Counted from the stretch's first letter, positions 19,630 to 29,456 are shown. The stretch is 64,000 nt of DNA from Candidatus Moraniibacteriota bacterium (GCA_052034975.1 JBPOIA010000003.1:49251-113250), one strand, 5' to 3'. Made by a program: numbers and translations. The notes: generated by a model not told the origin, from the sequence alone.

Positions 19630-21225
19630 GTGATGTACGATATCATCATCAAAAACGGGGTCATTGTCGACGGCAGCGGCCGCCCGATGTACCGTGCCGA
19701 TCTCGGTATCCGGGAGGAACGCATCGTCGAAATCGGGGATCTGTCACATACACAGGGCTCGCAGGTTATCGACGCCACCGGACAATACGTAGTGCCCGGT
19801 TTCGTTGATGTCAACAATCATTCCGATACGTACTGGGAATTACTGAGGAATCCGAAGCTCGAAGCGATGCTCGCGCAAGGCGTGACGACTATCGTCGGTG
19901 GAAATTCTGGATCGTCGCTCGCCCCGCTTACTGATCCGGGCGTCATCCGTTCCATCCAAAAATGGACGGATGTTGAGAAGATCAATTTCAACTGGCTGTC
20001 GATGGAGGAATTTTTGCGCGAGGCAGACAAGCGCCGTCCAGCCATAAACTTCGCGACGCTCGTCGGACACGGAACGTTGCGGCGCGGCGCGATGAAGGAC
20101 GAGACACGTACCATCACGCCGGAAGAGATCGCCGTTATGCAGAAAATGCTTCGGCAGGCTCTCAAGGAGGGTGGCATCGGATTCTCGACCGGACTGAAAT
20201 ACACGCACGCCCGTGGCGCCGGTGTACGCGAGCTTATCGCTCTCACAAAAACGGCGCTCGCTCAAAACGGCCTGTATGTCACATATGTCCGCGACGAGGA
20301 AGAGGGGTTGGTGAAGTCGGTCGAAGAAGCGATTCTGGTCGCACGGGAAACCGGCGCCCCGATCCACATCTCTCACCTCAAAGCCGTCGGCGAGAAGAAT
20401 TGGCCGTTGATGGACGATGTCTTCAGTCTGATCGAAACCGCGGCACTAAACGACATCAAAATCACGTTCGATGTGTATCCTTATACGGTGACCGGATCGG
20501 TATTGTATACGTTCCTTCCGGAATGGGTGACACAGGACGGCCGGAAAATGATGCTCGAACGTCTGCGTGACGCCCAGGTGCGGAGTGCCGTACTCCGTGA
20601 TATGCGACGCAAAGACATCGATTATTCGCAGATGCTCATCACCTCATCGTCGCTTTCGAAGATGCTTACGCGCCGGAGGATTTCGGAGATCGCCGAACTT
20701 CAGGGCAAGCCGCCCGAAGAGACTGTTCTCGATTTCCTCATCGCGAGCTCTGGCCGCGCCATCGTCTCGCTCGAAGTGCTCTCGGAAAAGAACGTCCGTC
20801 GGGCGGTGCAGCATCCGTTCTCGATTATCTCGAGCAACGGTGTCGGATACAACATCGCCCACAAGGAGACCGGCGAGCTTGTTCACCCGCGCAATTTCGG
20901 AACGTTTCCGAAAGTATTTGCGGAGTATGTACGCAAGGAGAAATCGCTTGGTTGGGAAGAAGCAGTACACAAGATGAGTGGCAAGCCAGCGCTCAAATTC
21001 GGTCTTGATCGGCGCGGATTTCTCCAAGAAGGCTATTTCGCCGACGTCGTTGTCCTTGATCCGAACACAGTCGAGGACAAAGCGACGATGGAAGATCCGT
21101 ACCAGTATCCGATCGGTATCTCACACGTCATCGTGAACGGCATCGTGGCGCTCGAAAATGGAGCGTTCTCCCCGCGTCGTGCCGGGATGATCCTCAAAAG
21201 GAAGAGCGGTTGGCTCCCGTGGTAG
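19630..21225 (+). CDS. N-acyl-D-amino-acid deacylase-like amidohydrolase with degenerate metal site
   Basis: VDGSG, PGFVD, GVTT, VHPRNFGTFP, RG.L.EGYFADVVV, VIVNG. Confidence 0.85.
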   Translation: MMYDIIIKNGVIVDGSGRPMYRADLGIREERIVEIGDLSHTQGSQVIDATGQYVVPGFVDVNNHSDTYWELLRNPKLEAMLAQGVTTIVGGNSGSSLAPLTDPGVIRSIQKWTDVEKINFNWLSMEEFLREADKRRPAINFATLVGHGTLRRGAMKDETRTITPEEIAVMQKMLRQALKEGGIGFSTGLKYTHARGAGVRELIALTKTALAQNGLYVTYVRDEEEGLVKSVEEAILVARETGAPIHISHLKAVGEKNWPLMDDVFSLIETAALNDIKITFDVYPYTVTGSVLYTFLPEWVTQDGRKMMLERLRDAQVRSAVLRDMRRKDIDYSQMLITSSSLSKMLTRRRISEIAELQGKPPEETVLDFLIASSGRAIVSLEVLSEKNVRRAVQHPFSIISSNGVGYNIAHKETGELVHPRNFGTFPKVFAEYVRKEKSLGWEEAVHKMSGKPALKFGLDRRGFLQEGYFADVVVLDPNTVEDKATMEDPYQYPIGISHVIVNGIVALENGAFSPRRAGMILKRKSGWLPW

Positions 21226-21284
21226 GAAAATCCGAGTCTTAAAATAATCGAGGTGTTAAAGACATCAATTTCTAAGGCGGAATT

Positions 21285-22031
21285 ATGGAGAAAAATTTCA
21301 AAAGAATATTGACAATAGGAATTCTCATCATCTTGATATCAGGGATCGTTCTTTTTTTGGTGGGTTTTTTTGAAAAGACCAAGATACAAGAGAACTCTTC
21401 TCGGATTTCGTTATCTGATAGGGGAGATGAACAAAAACGAGCCGAACAAAAAGCAATAGAGGATAAAATCAATCAACTTTCCGATACGAAAGAGTGGCAG
21501 TTATTTACCAGTAGAAAGTGTGACTTTTCTTTTATTTATCCTCCTATTGCAAGTATTAATAGTGCATGGATGAACGTTCTTGACCCTCGAGATGCCTGTG
21601 AGCTTGTGGTATACATTCAAGATGGCGTTGTATCATCGGAATATTTTCACTTTCACATCAGGCCTTTACCCTATCCATCTCCATACGAAAACTTTAATCC
21701 GAACAAATTAACAGAAAATACGGTAAAGGACTGGAACGCAAAAAAAGTAGCAGAAGAACTGTTGAATCTCAACAAAACTGTATTTGTAAAAAAATATAAT
21801 AGAGAAAATACCTTAATTCCTATAGTAGAAATTCCTGTGAATGGGAAAAAGGCATACACGTTTTCACTTAATGACGGCTACTTCAATTGGGCTGGTGATT
21901 CACATAATCTTGAAAATAAAACGAGTTTTGCTTATATAGCAGACAATGAGGGGAAAGTATATGAAATCACCTTTCCAAGCAATGATAGACTTTCATTGTT
22001 AATCCTCAAAAGTTTAAAGTTTTCGAACTAA
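21285..22031 (+). CDS. Hypothetical membrane-anchored protein, AT-rich gene
   Basis: N-terminal TM helix; visibly lower GC than flanking genes. Confidence 0.75.
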   Translation: MEKNFKRILTIGILIILISGIVLFLVGFFEKTKIQENSSRISLSDRGDEQKRAEQKAIEDKINQLSDTKEWQLFTSRKCDFSFIYPPIASINSAWMNVLDPRDACELVVYIQDGVVSSEYFHFHIRPLPYPSPYENFNPNKLTENTVKDWNAKKVAEELLNLNKTVFVKKYNRENTLIPIVEIPVNGKKAYTFSLNDGYFNWAGDSHNLENKTSFAYIADNEGKVYEITFPSNDRLSLLILKSLKFSN

Positions 22032-22054
22032 ATCCATAACACAAGAAAAAGAAA

Positions 22055-22088
22055 AACGCCTACCTGCATAATTTTGCAGGCAGGCGTT
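22055..22088. terminator. Hairpin between convergent genes (likely terminator)
   Basis: aacgcctacctgca/tgcaggcaggcgtt inverted repeat with an A-run on its left side. Confidence 0.7.
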
Positions 22089-22105
22089 CATTGTTTCAAG
22101 AAGTT

Positions 22106-23707
22106 TTATGGGATGGCGCCCATATACTCAAACTTCACCGCATCCACAGTGATAGATTTAGCTGTTTCTCCAGTGTTCCCTTGTAGGCTCACGGTCGAAT
22201 TCCCGGTAGCATAGAGATTGTAAGTCCCTATATCTACCCAGCGGTTAGAGCCTTGGGCAGCCGTGTATTGGTTCACAGTCTGGGAGGTATACGTCGTCCC
22301 GTTACTGCTTACGGTATACGTCGTACTCGTGCTGCTCGCGTATGTCGTGTTGGCAGGAACATATACCCATACCCTGTACTGGCCATTCTTGGGTAGCGCG
22401 GGTGACCAATTGGCGGTTCCCGAAGAGTTGGTTTCCTTGCTGAAGATGATGCCGCTATAGCCCAGCTGCGGAGATCCTGGGTTGAAGTTTGCTCCTTGGC
22501 GGCTCCAGTCGCCGATTGTGCTGGACGAGCCATTGCAAGTGGGAGTTGTGGAATTGAGTTTGAAAGTGCCCGTGCACTCGTACGGATGTACGACTAAACT
22601 AAAGGACGTCGACTCTGCTGAATACCACCCGTTGTTGATCAATTCGGAAGGATCCACTCTATTACTGATTTCAGCCCAGCTATAGGGAGTAGTTAGATAG
22701 CTATTGGGATCATTCTTCCGAATTTCGAAGTGCAGATGGGATACATACTGACCATCACCGGTCCCCACCTGCCCAACGGCTGCCCCCTTGAGAACAGGGC
22801 TGTTTTCAGTGCCTACCAGATCAAGCACTGAGTTATAACCCGTTTGACCGGATTTCAGCAGATGTGCATACATCGCATAGACTGTGGTAAGGAGCTCTCC
22901 GGTACCGGTAAGGAAGTATTTACCGGCCGGTGCGTCATGGCGAATGAGCACGGTCTTCCCCCAACCGTCAGAACTGCTTCCATCATTGATGTCTTCAATT
23001 TTGCCATTAGAAATGGCATAGAGAGCCTCACCAAGATCATCGCTCCCGCTTCCCTTGTTCCAGTCTTCGGCTACATGCGGAACACCGTTTGTGTTGTTGA
23101 GAGATCCGTAGCTTTGTTTTTCTGCGCCCCAACCATTGGGACTGGCTATGGTGTAATCCACAGGGTAGCGCATTGAAACGAAGAAGTATTCAGACTTTGA
23201 GAGAATCTTTTGCCCGCCAGCATCAAAGTTGAAATTGCAGTGATAGTTCGAAGATTGGTAATCAAAGTCTGTTTCTTGGTAGACGTCAACCGATGACTTG
23301 AGGTACGCATCATCGAAACAGATGGGATTTGCCAACCCAAACCAATACGGATCATCAGGGTCTTGCGACTGCGTGTACTCGTAGACGTAGTCATTGCCGT
23401 TTCCGTAGATGTCGTCGACGCTGTTGACGAGCAAGACCTTCGGTGAGCTGAAGAACTTGAAGACAGAATACCCACCGTGGAATTTGGCGGTACCGTTGTA
23501 GAAGTAGGTCGCCGCCTTCTCGGCCCCGTAAGAGTCGTTACTCAAGGTGATGATCTGCAACGCTTTGGTGTAAGTCGTTCCGTTGTGGGTATACGGAAGT
23601 ATGTAGTGCCCCGGACTTGTGGGGGCAGTGGCAAAAGCCGCGATCGAGCAGAGGTTTAACAGGAATACGCCGATGAATTTCATCGGTGCGGACAGAATCC
23701 TTCTCAT
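22106..23707 (-). CDS. Secreted M23-family metallopeptidase with C-terminal golvesin/CBM-like domain
   Basis: Signal peptide; HxxxD (HVAED), YAHL, HLHFEIR; C-terminal GQYRVWV..WVDIGTY..DAVKF; AGGAGA SD. Confidence 0.85.
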   Translation of the reverse strand: MRRILSAPMKFIGVFLLNLCSIAAFATAPTSPGHYILPYTHNGTTYTKALQIITLSNDSYGAEKAATYFYNGTAKFHGGYSVFKFFSSPKVLLVNSVDDIYGNGNDYVYEYTQSQDPDDPYWFGLANPICFDDAYLKSSVDVYQETDFDYQSSNYHCNFNFDAGGQKILSKSEYFFVSMRYPVDYTIASPNGWGAEKQSYGSLNNTNGVPHVAEDWNKGSGSDDLGEALYAISNGKIEDINDGSSSDGWGKTVLIRHDAPAGKYFLTGTGELLTTVYAMYAHLLKSGQTGYNSVLDLVGTENSPVLKGAAVGQVGTGDGQYVSHLHFEIRKNDPNSYLTTPYSWAEISNRVDPSELINNGWYSAESTSFSLVVHPYECTGTFKLNSTTPTCNGSSSTIGDWSRQGANFNPGSPQLGYSGIIFSKETNSSGTANWSPALPKNGQYRVWVYVPANTTYASSTSTTYTVSSNGTTYTSQTVNQYTAAQGSNRWVDIGTYNLYATGNSTVSLQGNTGETAKSITVDAVKFEYMGAIP

Positions 23708-23894
23708 TTCAATTCTCCTGATTCATAGAGTGGTAAAACGGATTTGGACAACACTTCTAGCTGTCATTTCATAGCATTTCCCCTTTCGTATTGTTAATGA
23801 ACCGGTTGAGATTATCAGAGGGGTGGTTCCTTGTCAAGTCGTCATTTTTTGTTTTTGACGCTAGAGGGTGTAAAATGGCGGATATCGCACACGT

Positions 23895-25295
23895 ATGCAA
23901 GAATCGTTTTTCAGGGACAAGAAGATCACGGTATTTGGCCTCGGTCTTAACGCGGGTGGCGTTGGCACGGCCAGGTTTCTCGCGGAACAGGGCGCGCGTG
24001 AGATCATCGTGACTGACATCAAGAGTCGCGAAGATCTCGCTTCGTCGGTCGAGAAGCTTGCCAAATACAAGAATATTACCTTCGTGCTTGGTCAACACCG
24101 GCCGGAGGACTTTTCGCGTGTCGATATGGTGATCAAAAATCCCGTGATCCCGTGGACGAACGAATATGTGAAACTCGCCGAGAAGCACGATGTGCCGGTT
24201 GAGATGGATTCCAGCCTCTTTTTTCGATTATGCAGAGCGCCGATTATTGGCGTAACTGGCACGAAGGGCAAGACGACGACTGCGATGCTTATCGCTCATA
24301 TTCTCGAAACTGCCGGCCGGAAAGTTCTTCGCGCCGGTATCGGGCAGATTGGCGTACTTGGTGTGCTGAACAAAATTACACCGGAGACAACGGTAGTATT
24401 CGAACTGTCTTCGTGGCGATTGTCGGCGCTCGCACGCACCAAGAAAAGCCCATCGATCGCGGTCATCACAAATCTTTATCCCGACCATCTTAATTATTAT
24501 AAGACGATGGAGGCGTACGCGGCGGACAAAAAGAATATCTTTTTATTCCAAAAGCGAAACGACACGCTCATCGCGAACGCCGATCAACCTGAAGTCCGCG
24601 AGATGGCGCAGGATGCGCCGGGCGGATGCGTTTGGTTTTCAAATAAACAGGCGATCGATGGTGATGGCGTCTGGCGCGAAGACGGGATGCTCTTTGTGCG
24701 GCAGGGAGGAAAACAAAGCGTGCTTTTGCCGCTTGAACATACCCGACTTGTAGGAGAGCATAATATCGGGAATATCGCCGCGGCCGCCCTCGCCGCCCTC
24801 GTCGCCGGAGTGTCTGCAAAGGAAATCCGTTTTGGCATCGAGAGTTTTTCCGGCGTGCCACATCGATTGGAGTATATAAGGGAAAAAGACAGCGTTCGGT
24901 ATTACAATGATACGGCGGCTACCATTCCCGAAGCGGCGATCGCCGCTCTTCGATCGTTTTCGCAGCCGGTGATTCTCATCTGCGGCGGCAGCGACAAGCG
25001 GCTCGTCTTCGATGCATTCGCTGACGAGATTTTCGCTCATTCCAAAGGAGTGATCTTTCTGAAAGGCGAAGGGACGGATAAACTCGCGTTTTCGCTCTCG
25101 GAACGCTTGGCACGGGAGGGACGGAAGATGAATTTTGAGATCGTGGAAAGTATGGGCAAGGCAGTGGAACTCGCCTCTCGGAGCGCTGAGCCGGGTGATA
25201 TCGTGCTTCTCTCGCCTGGCGCGGCGAGCTTTGGTCTCTTCCGGAACGAATTCGACCGAGGCGAGCAGTTCCGCGTCGCTGTCCAATCACTCTGA
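23895..25295 (+). CDS. murD: UDP-MurNAc-L-Ala:D-Glu ligase
   Basis: GVTGTKGKTTT, ELSS, DHLNY, HRLE, YYND, LLSPGAASF..RGEQF. Confidence 0.95.
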   Translation: MQESFFRDKKITVFGLGLNAGGVGTARFLAEQGAREIIVTDIKSREDLASSVEKLAKYKNITFVLGQHRPEDFSRVDMVIKNPVIPWTNEYVKLAEKHDVPVEMDSSLFFRLCRAPIIGVTGTKGKTTTAMLIAHILETAGRKVLRAGIGQIGVLGVLNKITPETTVVFELSSWRLSALARTKKSPSIAVITNLYPDHLNYYKTMEAYAADKKNIFLFQKRNDTLIANADQPEVREMAQDAPGGCVWFSNKQAIDGDGVWREDGMLFVRQGGKQSVLLPLEHTRLVGEHNIGNIAAAALAALVAGVSAKEIRFGIESFSGVPHRLEYIREKDSVRYYNDTAATIPEAAIAALRSFSQPVILICGGSDKRLVFDAFADEIFAHSKGVIFLKGEGTDKLAFSLSERLAREGRKMNFEIVESMGKAVELASRSAEPGDIVLLSPGAASFGLFRNEFDRGEQFRVAVQSL

Positions 25296-25308
25296 AATTC
25301 TTGATGGC

Positions 25309-25355
25309 TTGACGGATGTTTGGAAAAGCCCTAATATACCCCCAGAGGGTATATT
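25309..25355 (+). promoter_or_regulatory. Sigma70-like promoter with CsoR/CstR-type operator
   Basis: TTGACG-17-TAATAT; palindrome AATATACCC-ccaga-GGGTATATT (25333-25355) overlapping the -10. Confidence 0.8.
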
Positions 25356-25371
25356 TTAATTTTCTCGGCGT

Positions 25372-25614
25372 ATGAAAACTCAGCGAAACAAAGTGCTGTC
25401 GCGCATCGCCCGTATTGAAGGACAATTGAAAGGTATCCGCCGTATGGTGGAAGAGAAGGAGGAATGTCTCGATATCATCACGCAAGTGAGCGCCATCCGT
25501 GAAGCGGTCGGAATGCTCGGGGTCGAGCTTCTGAAGGATGATATGACGTGCAAATGGGACGGCAAGAAAAAGATCGATGAAGCCTATCTAAAAAACTTGT
25601 TTAAAATGCAATAA
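25372..25614 (+). CDS. CsoR/RcnR/CstR-family repressor
   Basis: RIARIEGQLKGIRRMVEE..ECLDIITQVSAIR. Confidence 0.92.
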   Translation: MKTQRNKVLSRIARIEGQLKGIRRMVEEKEECLDIITQVSAIREAVGMLGVELLKDDMTCKWDGKKKIDEAYLKNLFKMQ

Positions 25615-25619
25615 CGCGT

Positions 25620-26855
25620 ATGAATCAGCCCTTTGAAGCCGCGCAGGCGCAGCTTCGTGCCGTCGAAGAGCTCGTTCGTATCGATCGAAATATCTTCGAG
25701 AGACTCCTCTTTCCGGAGCGCATTATCGAGGTGTCGATTCCTGTCCGAATGGATGACGGTACGACTAAAGTGTTTATCGGGTATCGTGCGCAGTACAACA
25801 GTGCCCGCGGTCCGTATAAGGGCGGGATTCGTTTTCATCCGGGCGTAACGCGCGAAGAAGTGACGGCACTCTCGATGTGGATGACGTGGAAAACGGCGGT
25901 CGTCGATATCCCGCTTGGTGGCGGTAAAGGAGGGGTCACTGTGGACGTGAAAACGTTGTCCGATCGGGAATTGGAAGCGGTGTCCCGAGGATATATCCGG
26001 GCGATTGCGCCGTTCATCGGGAGCGATCTCGATGTGCCGGCACCGGACGTTTCCACTGATGCGCGCATAATGGGATGGATGCTCGATGAGTACGAATCAG
26101 TGACGGGTCGCCACGTCCCGGGTGTCATTACTGGTAAACCGCTTTCACTTGAAGGTTCGCTCGGTCGTGAATACGCGACGGCGCTGGGAGCCTTTTTCGT
26201 GCTAGAACGGGCGCGGGAAGAACTCCATCTGCCGAAGGATGCGAGCGTGGCGATTCAGGGATTTGGGAATGGTGGATCGCATCTGGCACGACTGCTTGCA
26301 GAGAAAGGGTACAGAGTCGTGGCGATCGCGGATTCCAAATCGACGGTATACCGAAGCGATGGTCTCGATGTATCGGAAATCGCCGAACATAAGCGTACGG
26401 CGGGTAATTTGAAAACCTGTACTGGTTGTGAGAAACTGCGAAGCGAAGATGTCCTGACTGTTTCCGCCGATATCCTCGTTCCGGCCGCGCTCGAAGGAGC
26501 GATCCATCGGGGGAATGCTGCTGACATCCGAGCGAAGCTTATTGTCGAGGTGGCGAATGGGCCGGTGACACCTGAAGCGGATGCGATCCTTTATGACCGC
26601 GGTGTCACGGTGGTGCCGGATATCCTCGCTAATGCTGGTGGTGTTACGGTGTCGTATTTCGAACAGGTACAGAATGCGGCACATTATCCGTGGACGGAAG
26701 ACGAGGTGAATCAGCGTTTACAAGAGAAGATGGAATCAGCGTTTCGGGATGTTTCCCGAGCGAAAGAGGAGTATAATACGGATATGCGGACCGCTGCGTA
26801 TACACTGGCCGTGAAGCGTGTAGCGCAAGCGATGCGCGACCGTGGCCGTTCCTGA
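25620..26855 (+). CDS. gdhA: Glu/Leu/Phe/Val dehydrogenase (glutamate dehydrogenase)
   Basis: GPYKGGIRF, GGGKGG, DVPAPD, QGFGNGG, ANAGGV. Confidence 0.93.
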   Translation: MNQPFEAAQAQLRAVEELVRIDRNIFERLLFPERIIEVSIPVRMDDGTTKVFIGYRAQYNSARGPYKGGIRFHPGVTREEVTALSMWMTWKTAVVDIPLGGGKGGVTVDVKTLSDRELEAVSRGYIRAIAPFIGSDLDVPAPDVSTDARIMGWMLDEYESVTGRHVPGVITGKPLSLEGSLGREYATALGAFFVLERAREELHLPKDASVAIQGFGNGGSHLARLLAEKGYRVVAIADSKSTVYRSDGLDVSEIAEHKRTAGNLKTCTGCEKLRSEDVLTVSADILVPAALEGAIHRGNAADIRAKLIVEVANGPVTPEADAILYDRGVTVVPDILANAGGVTVSYFEQVQNAAHYPWTEDEVNQRLQEKMESAFRDVSRAKEEYNTDMRTAAYTLAVKRVAQAMRDRGRS

Positions 26856-26923
26856 CAAAGGACAAAGGATCGAGCGGAGGTGCAAAATATTTTTTCGATT
26901 TTATAGAGTTTATTTTACGAAGT

Positions 26924-27871
26924 ATGTATGATGTGATAATAATCGGCGGGGGACCGGGAGGAGTGGCGGCGGGCGTGTATGCGGCGCGCAAGCGGATGAA
27001 GACGCTCTTCATCACCGAAAGTTTCCAAAGCCAGTCGGCGGTGTCGGCGAGCATCGAGAATTGGATCGGTACGGTGACGATTCCGGGTTGGGAATTCGCC
27101 GCCGCACTCGAAAAACACCTGCGCGCGCAGGAGGGTATAGAAATCAATACCGGTGAAAAAGTGTCCGGTATCGAGAGGCTTCCCGAAGGCGGATTCGCCG
27201 TTTTGACGGATAGGGGTGGACGTTCCGAAACGAAAACGATCATTGTGGCATCGGGCGGGCGGCACCGGCATCTGGATGTTCCCGGTGAAGAGAAGTTCAA
27301 AGGTAAGGGCGTCGTGTATTGTTCAACCTGCGATGCGCCGTTTTTTCGTGACAAGAGAGTCGTCGTGGTGGGCGGCGGAAACGCGGGACTCGAAGCTGTG
27401 GAAGACTTGCTGCCGTATGCGAAAGAAATTGTCATTCTTGTTCGATCGGGAGAGCTCAAGGGTGATCCGGTAACCAAAGAGAAGGTTCTGGCTGATCCGA
27501 AAGTGAGCGTTGTCTTTTTCGGCCTGACGCAGGAAATTGTCGGTGAACAGAAAGTCGAAGGATTGCGATACGAAGACGCGCAAACCGGTGAAGAAAAAAC
27601 GATTCCGACGGACGGCGTGTTTGTGGAAATCGGTATGGTGCCGAACACGGAGTTTGTGAAAGGTCTGCTCGATACGAATGAGCGCGGGGAAATCAAAATC
27701 GATGGCAAGACGGCTGCGACATCCTGTTCGGGAATCTTCGCGACCGGAGATGCGACCGACGTGCCATACAAGCAGAACAATATTTCCGCCGGTTACGGTG
27801 TGGTCGCTGCCCTTTCGGCGTACGACCTTTTCCGAAAAGCGAAAATATCTGGCGGCATTGACAAGAGGTAG
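26924..27871 (+). CDS. trxB: Thioredoxin reductase / AhpF C-terminal-like flavoprotein
   Basis: GGGPGG, YCSTCD, GGGNAG, GIFATGD. Confidence 0.88.
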   Translation: MYDVIIIGGGPGGVAAGVYAARKRMKTLFITESFQSQSAVSASIENWIGTVTIPGWEFAAALEKHLRAQEGIEINTGEKVSGIERLPEGGFAVLTDRGGRSETKTIIVASGGRHRHLDVPGEEKFKGKGVVYCSTCDAPFFRDKRVVVVGGGNAGLEAVEDLLPYAKEIVILVRSGELKGDPVTKEKVLADPKVSVVFFGLTQEIVGEQKVEGLRYEDAQTGEEKTIPTDGVFVEIGMVPNTEFVKGLLDTNERGEIKIDGKTAATSCSGIFATGDATDVPYKQNNISAGYGVVAALSAYDLFRKAKISGGIDKR

Positions 27872-27886
27872 AAAAGATGCTATAAT
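27858..27886 (+). promoter_or_regulatory. Consensus sigma70 promoter
   Basis: TTGACA-17-TATAAT with extended TG. Confidence 0.8.
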
Positions 27887-27892
27887 GGATAA

Positions 27893-28110
27893 AGAATGGA
27901 AAAAGCGGGTGGTCCCAAAAGAGGGAACACCCGCTTTCTTTTTCCAAGCGATGGGGACGCTTGGGGGAAGAAATGGTTCTTTAAAAGAAAAACAAAGACA
28001 AAAATACCAAGACTTTCGTCTGGAAAAATAAAGACAAGTCTCCTTGTCTTCGCCTCCCAGAGAGGCTTTTTGCAACACCGTTGCTAGATAAACGATCAGC
28101 AACGGTTTTT
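27893..28110 (+). ncRNA. Candidate multi-hairpin small RNA
   Basis: Six adjacent hairpins after a consensus promoter, the last two followed by U-runs. Confidence 0.45.
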
Positions 28111-28113
28111 TGC

Positions 28114-28142
28114 TTGAAAAAAAGCCAGTTTTTGGCTACACT
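28114..28142 (+). promoter_or_regulatory. Candidate murA promoter
   Basis: TTGAAA-17-TACACT. Confidence 0.5.
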
Positions 28143-28193
28143 GAACGAGATGTTCGAGAAGGGATTTGTGATCCGTTTATGGAAGAAGAGTCT

Positions 28194-29456
28194 ATGGAAG
28201 CATTCGAAATCAAGGGTGGGAAGAAATTGCGAGGAATGATCGCGGTGTGCGGATCCAAGAATGCAGCGACGCCGATATTGGCCGCGACGCTTTTGACGAA
28301 AGAAACGTGTGTAATCTCCAATGTGCCGCGCATCGAGGATGTGTTTCGGATGCTGGAAATCCTTGAAAGTATGGGAGCGGAAGTAAAGTGGCGCGGCGCC
28401 CATACGGTCGCTATCACGGCGAACAATATCGATCCAGAGAAAGTGGATGTGTCGGCGGTGAAGAAACTCCGTTCTTCGATCCTGCTTCTCGGGCCGCTTG
28501 CGGCGCGTTTCAAAATATTTTCTCTGCATCATCCTGGCGGCTGTGTGATCGGCGCACGTCCGGTAGGTACGCATTTTGACGCGCTCGAAAAGCTTGGTGT
28601 GAAGAGCACCGAGAAAGAGAAAGCGTATCGAATTGACGCAAGGAAGCGTCGAGCGGCCGAAGTCGTCTTGCGCGAGATGTCCGTGACGGCGACGGAAAAT
28701 GCGATGATGCTCGCTATATTGTGTCCGGGAAAGACGGTCATCAAAATCGCGGCTGCTGAACCACACGTGGAAGACTTGGGAAAATTTCTCATTTCGATGG
28801 GAGCGCGAATCAATGGTTTGGGAACGCATACGCTCGAAATCACGGGTGTTCGTCGACTTTCTGGCACGAGGCACGCACTTATTCCGGATGCCAACGAAGC
28901 GGCAACGTTTCTTATCCTCGGCGCGGCGACGGGAAGCCCGATCACGGTCAGGAATGCTCGTGAAGAACATTTGGATTTGGTACTCGAAAAGCTCCGCGAA
29001 TTTGGCGCAGAATTTTCCATAACGAAAAATGCCATTACGGTTGTTCCGGCGAAAAAATTATCGGCGGTATCGAAGATCGACACGCGTCCGTATCCTGGTG
29101 TGCCGACCGATGTGCAGGCACCGTTCGGAGTGCTTGCGACGCAAGCTGCCGGCGAGACACTCGTGCACGATTCGCTCTTCGAAGGACGATTCAACTATGT
29201 GTCTGAATTGGAGAAAATGGGCGCCCAGGCGACGGTGCTTAATCCGCATCAAGTCGTCGTACAGGGGAAGACGCCGCTTCACGGAACGGTGATCAAGAGC
29301 TATGATTTGCGAGCTGGTGCGGCGCTTATCATCGCGGCGCTTGTGGCGCACGGAACGACGATCATCGAGGATATCTATCAGGTGGATCGTGGATATGAGC
29401 GGATAGAGGAGCGTTTGCAAAATATCGGTGCGAAGATACGACGGATACACATATGA
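28194..29456 (+). CDS. murA: UDP-GlcNAc 1-carboxyvinyltransferase (alternative start 28179)
   Basis: GSKNAA, PGGCVIGARP, SVTATEN, PTDVQ, DLRAGA, DRGYE. Confidence 0.97.
   Translation: MEAFEIKGGKKLRGMIAVCGSKNAATPILAATLLTKETCVISNVPRIEDVFRMLEILESMGAEVKWRGAHTVAITANNIDPEKVDVSAVKKLRSSILLLGPLAARFKIFSLHHPGGCVIGARPVGTHFDALEKLGVKSTEKEKAYRIDARKRRAAEVVLREMSVTATENAMMLAILCPGKTVIKIAAAEPHVEDLGKFLISMGARINGLGTHTLEITGVRRLSGTRHALIPDANEAATFLILGAATGSPITVRNAREEHLDLVLEKLREFGAEFSITKNAITVVPAKKLSAVSKIDTRPYPGVPTDVQAPFGVLATQAAGETLVHDSLFEGRFNYVSELEKMGAQATVLNPHQVVVQGKTPLHGTVIKSYDLRAGAALIIAALVAHGTTIIEDIYQVDRGYERIEERLQNIGAKIRRIHI

Noticed and set aside
27896-28087. 63-aa leaderless ORF after the strong promoter
   Set aside because: No recognisable protein features and dense hairpins favour an RNA; not fully excluded
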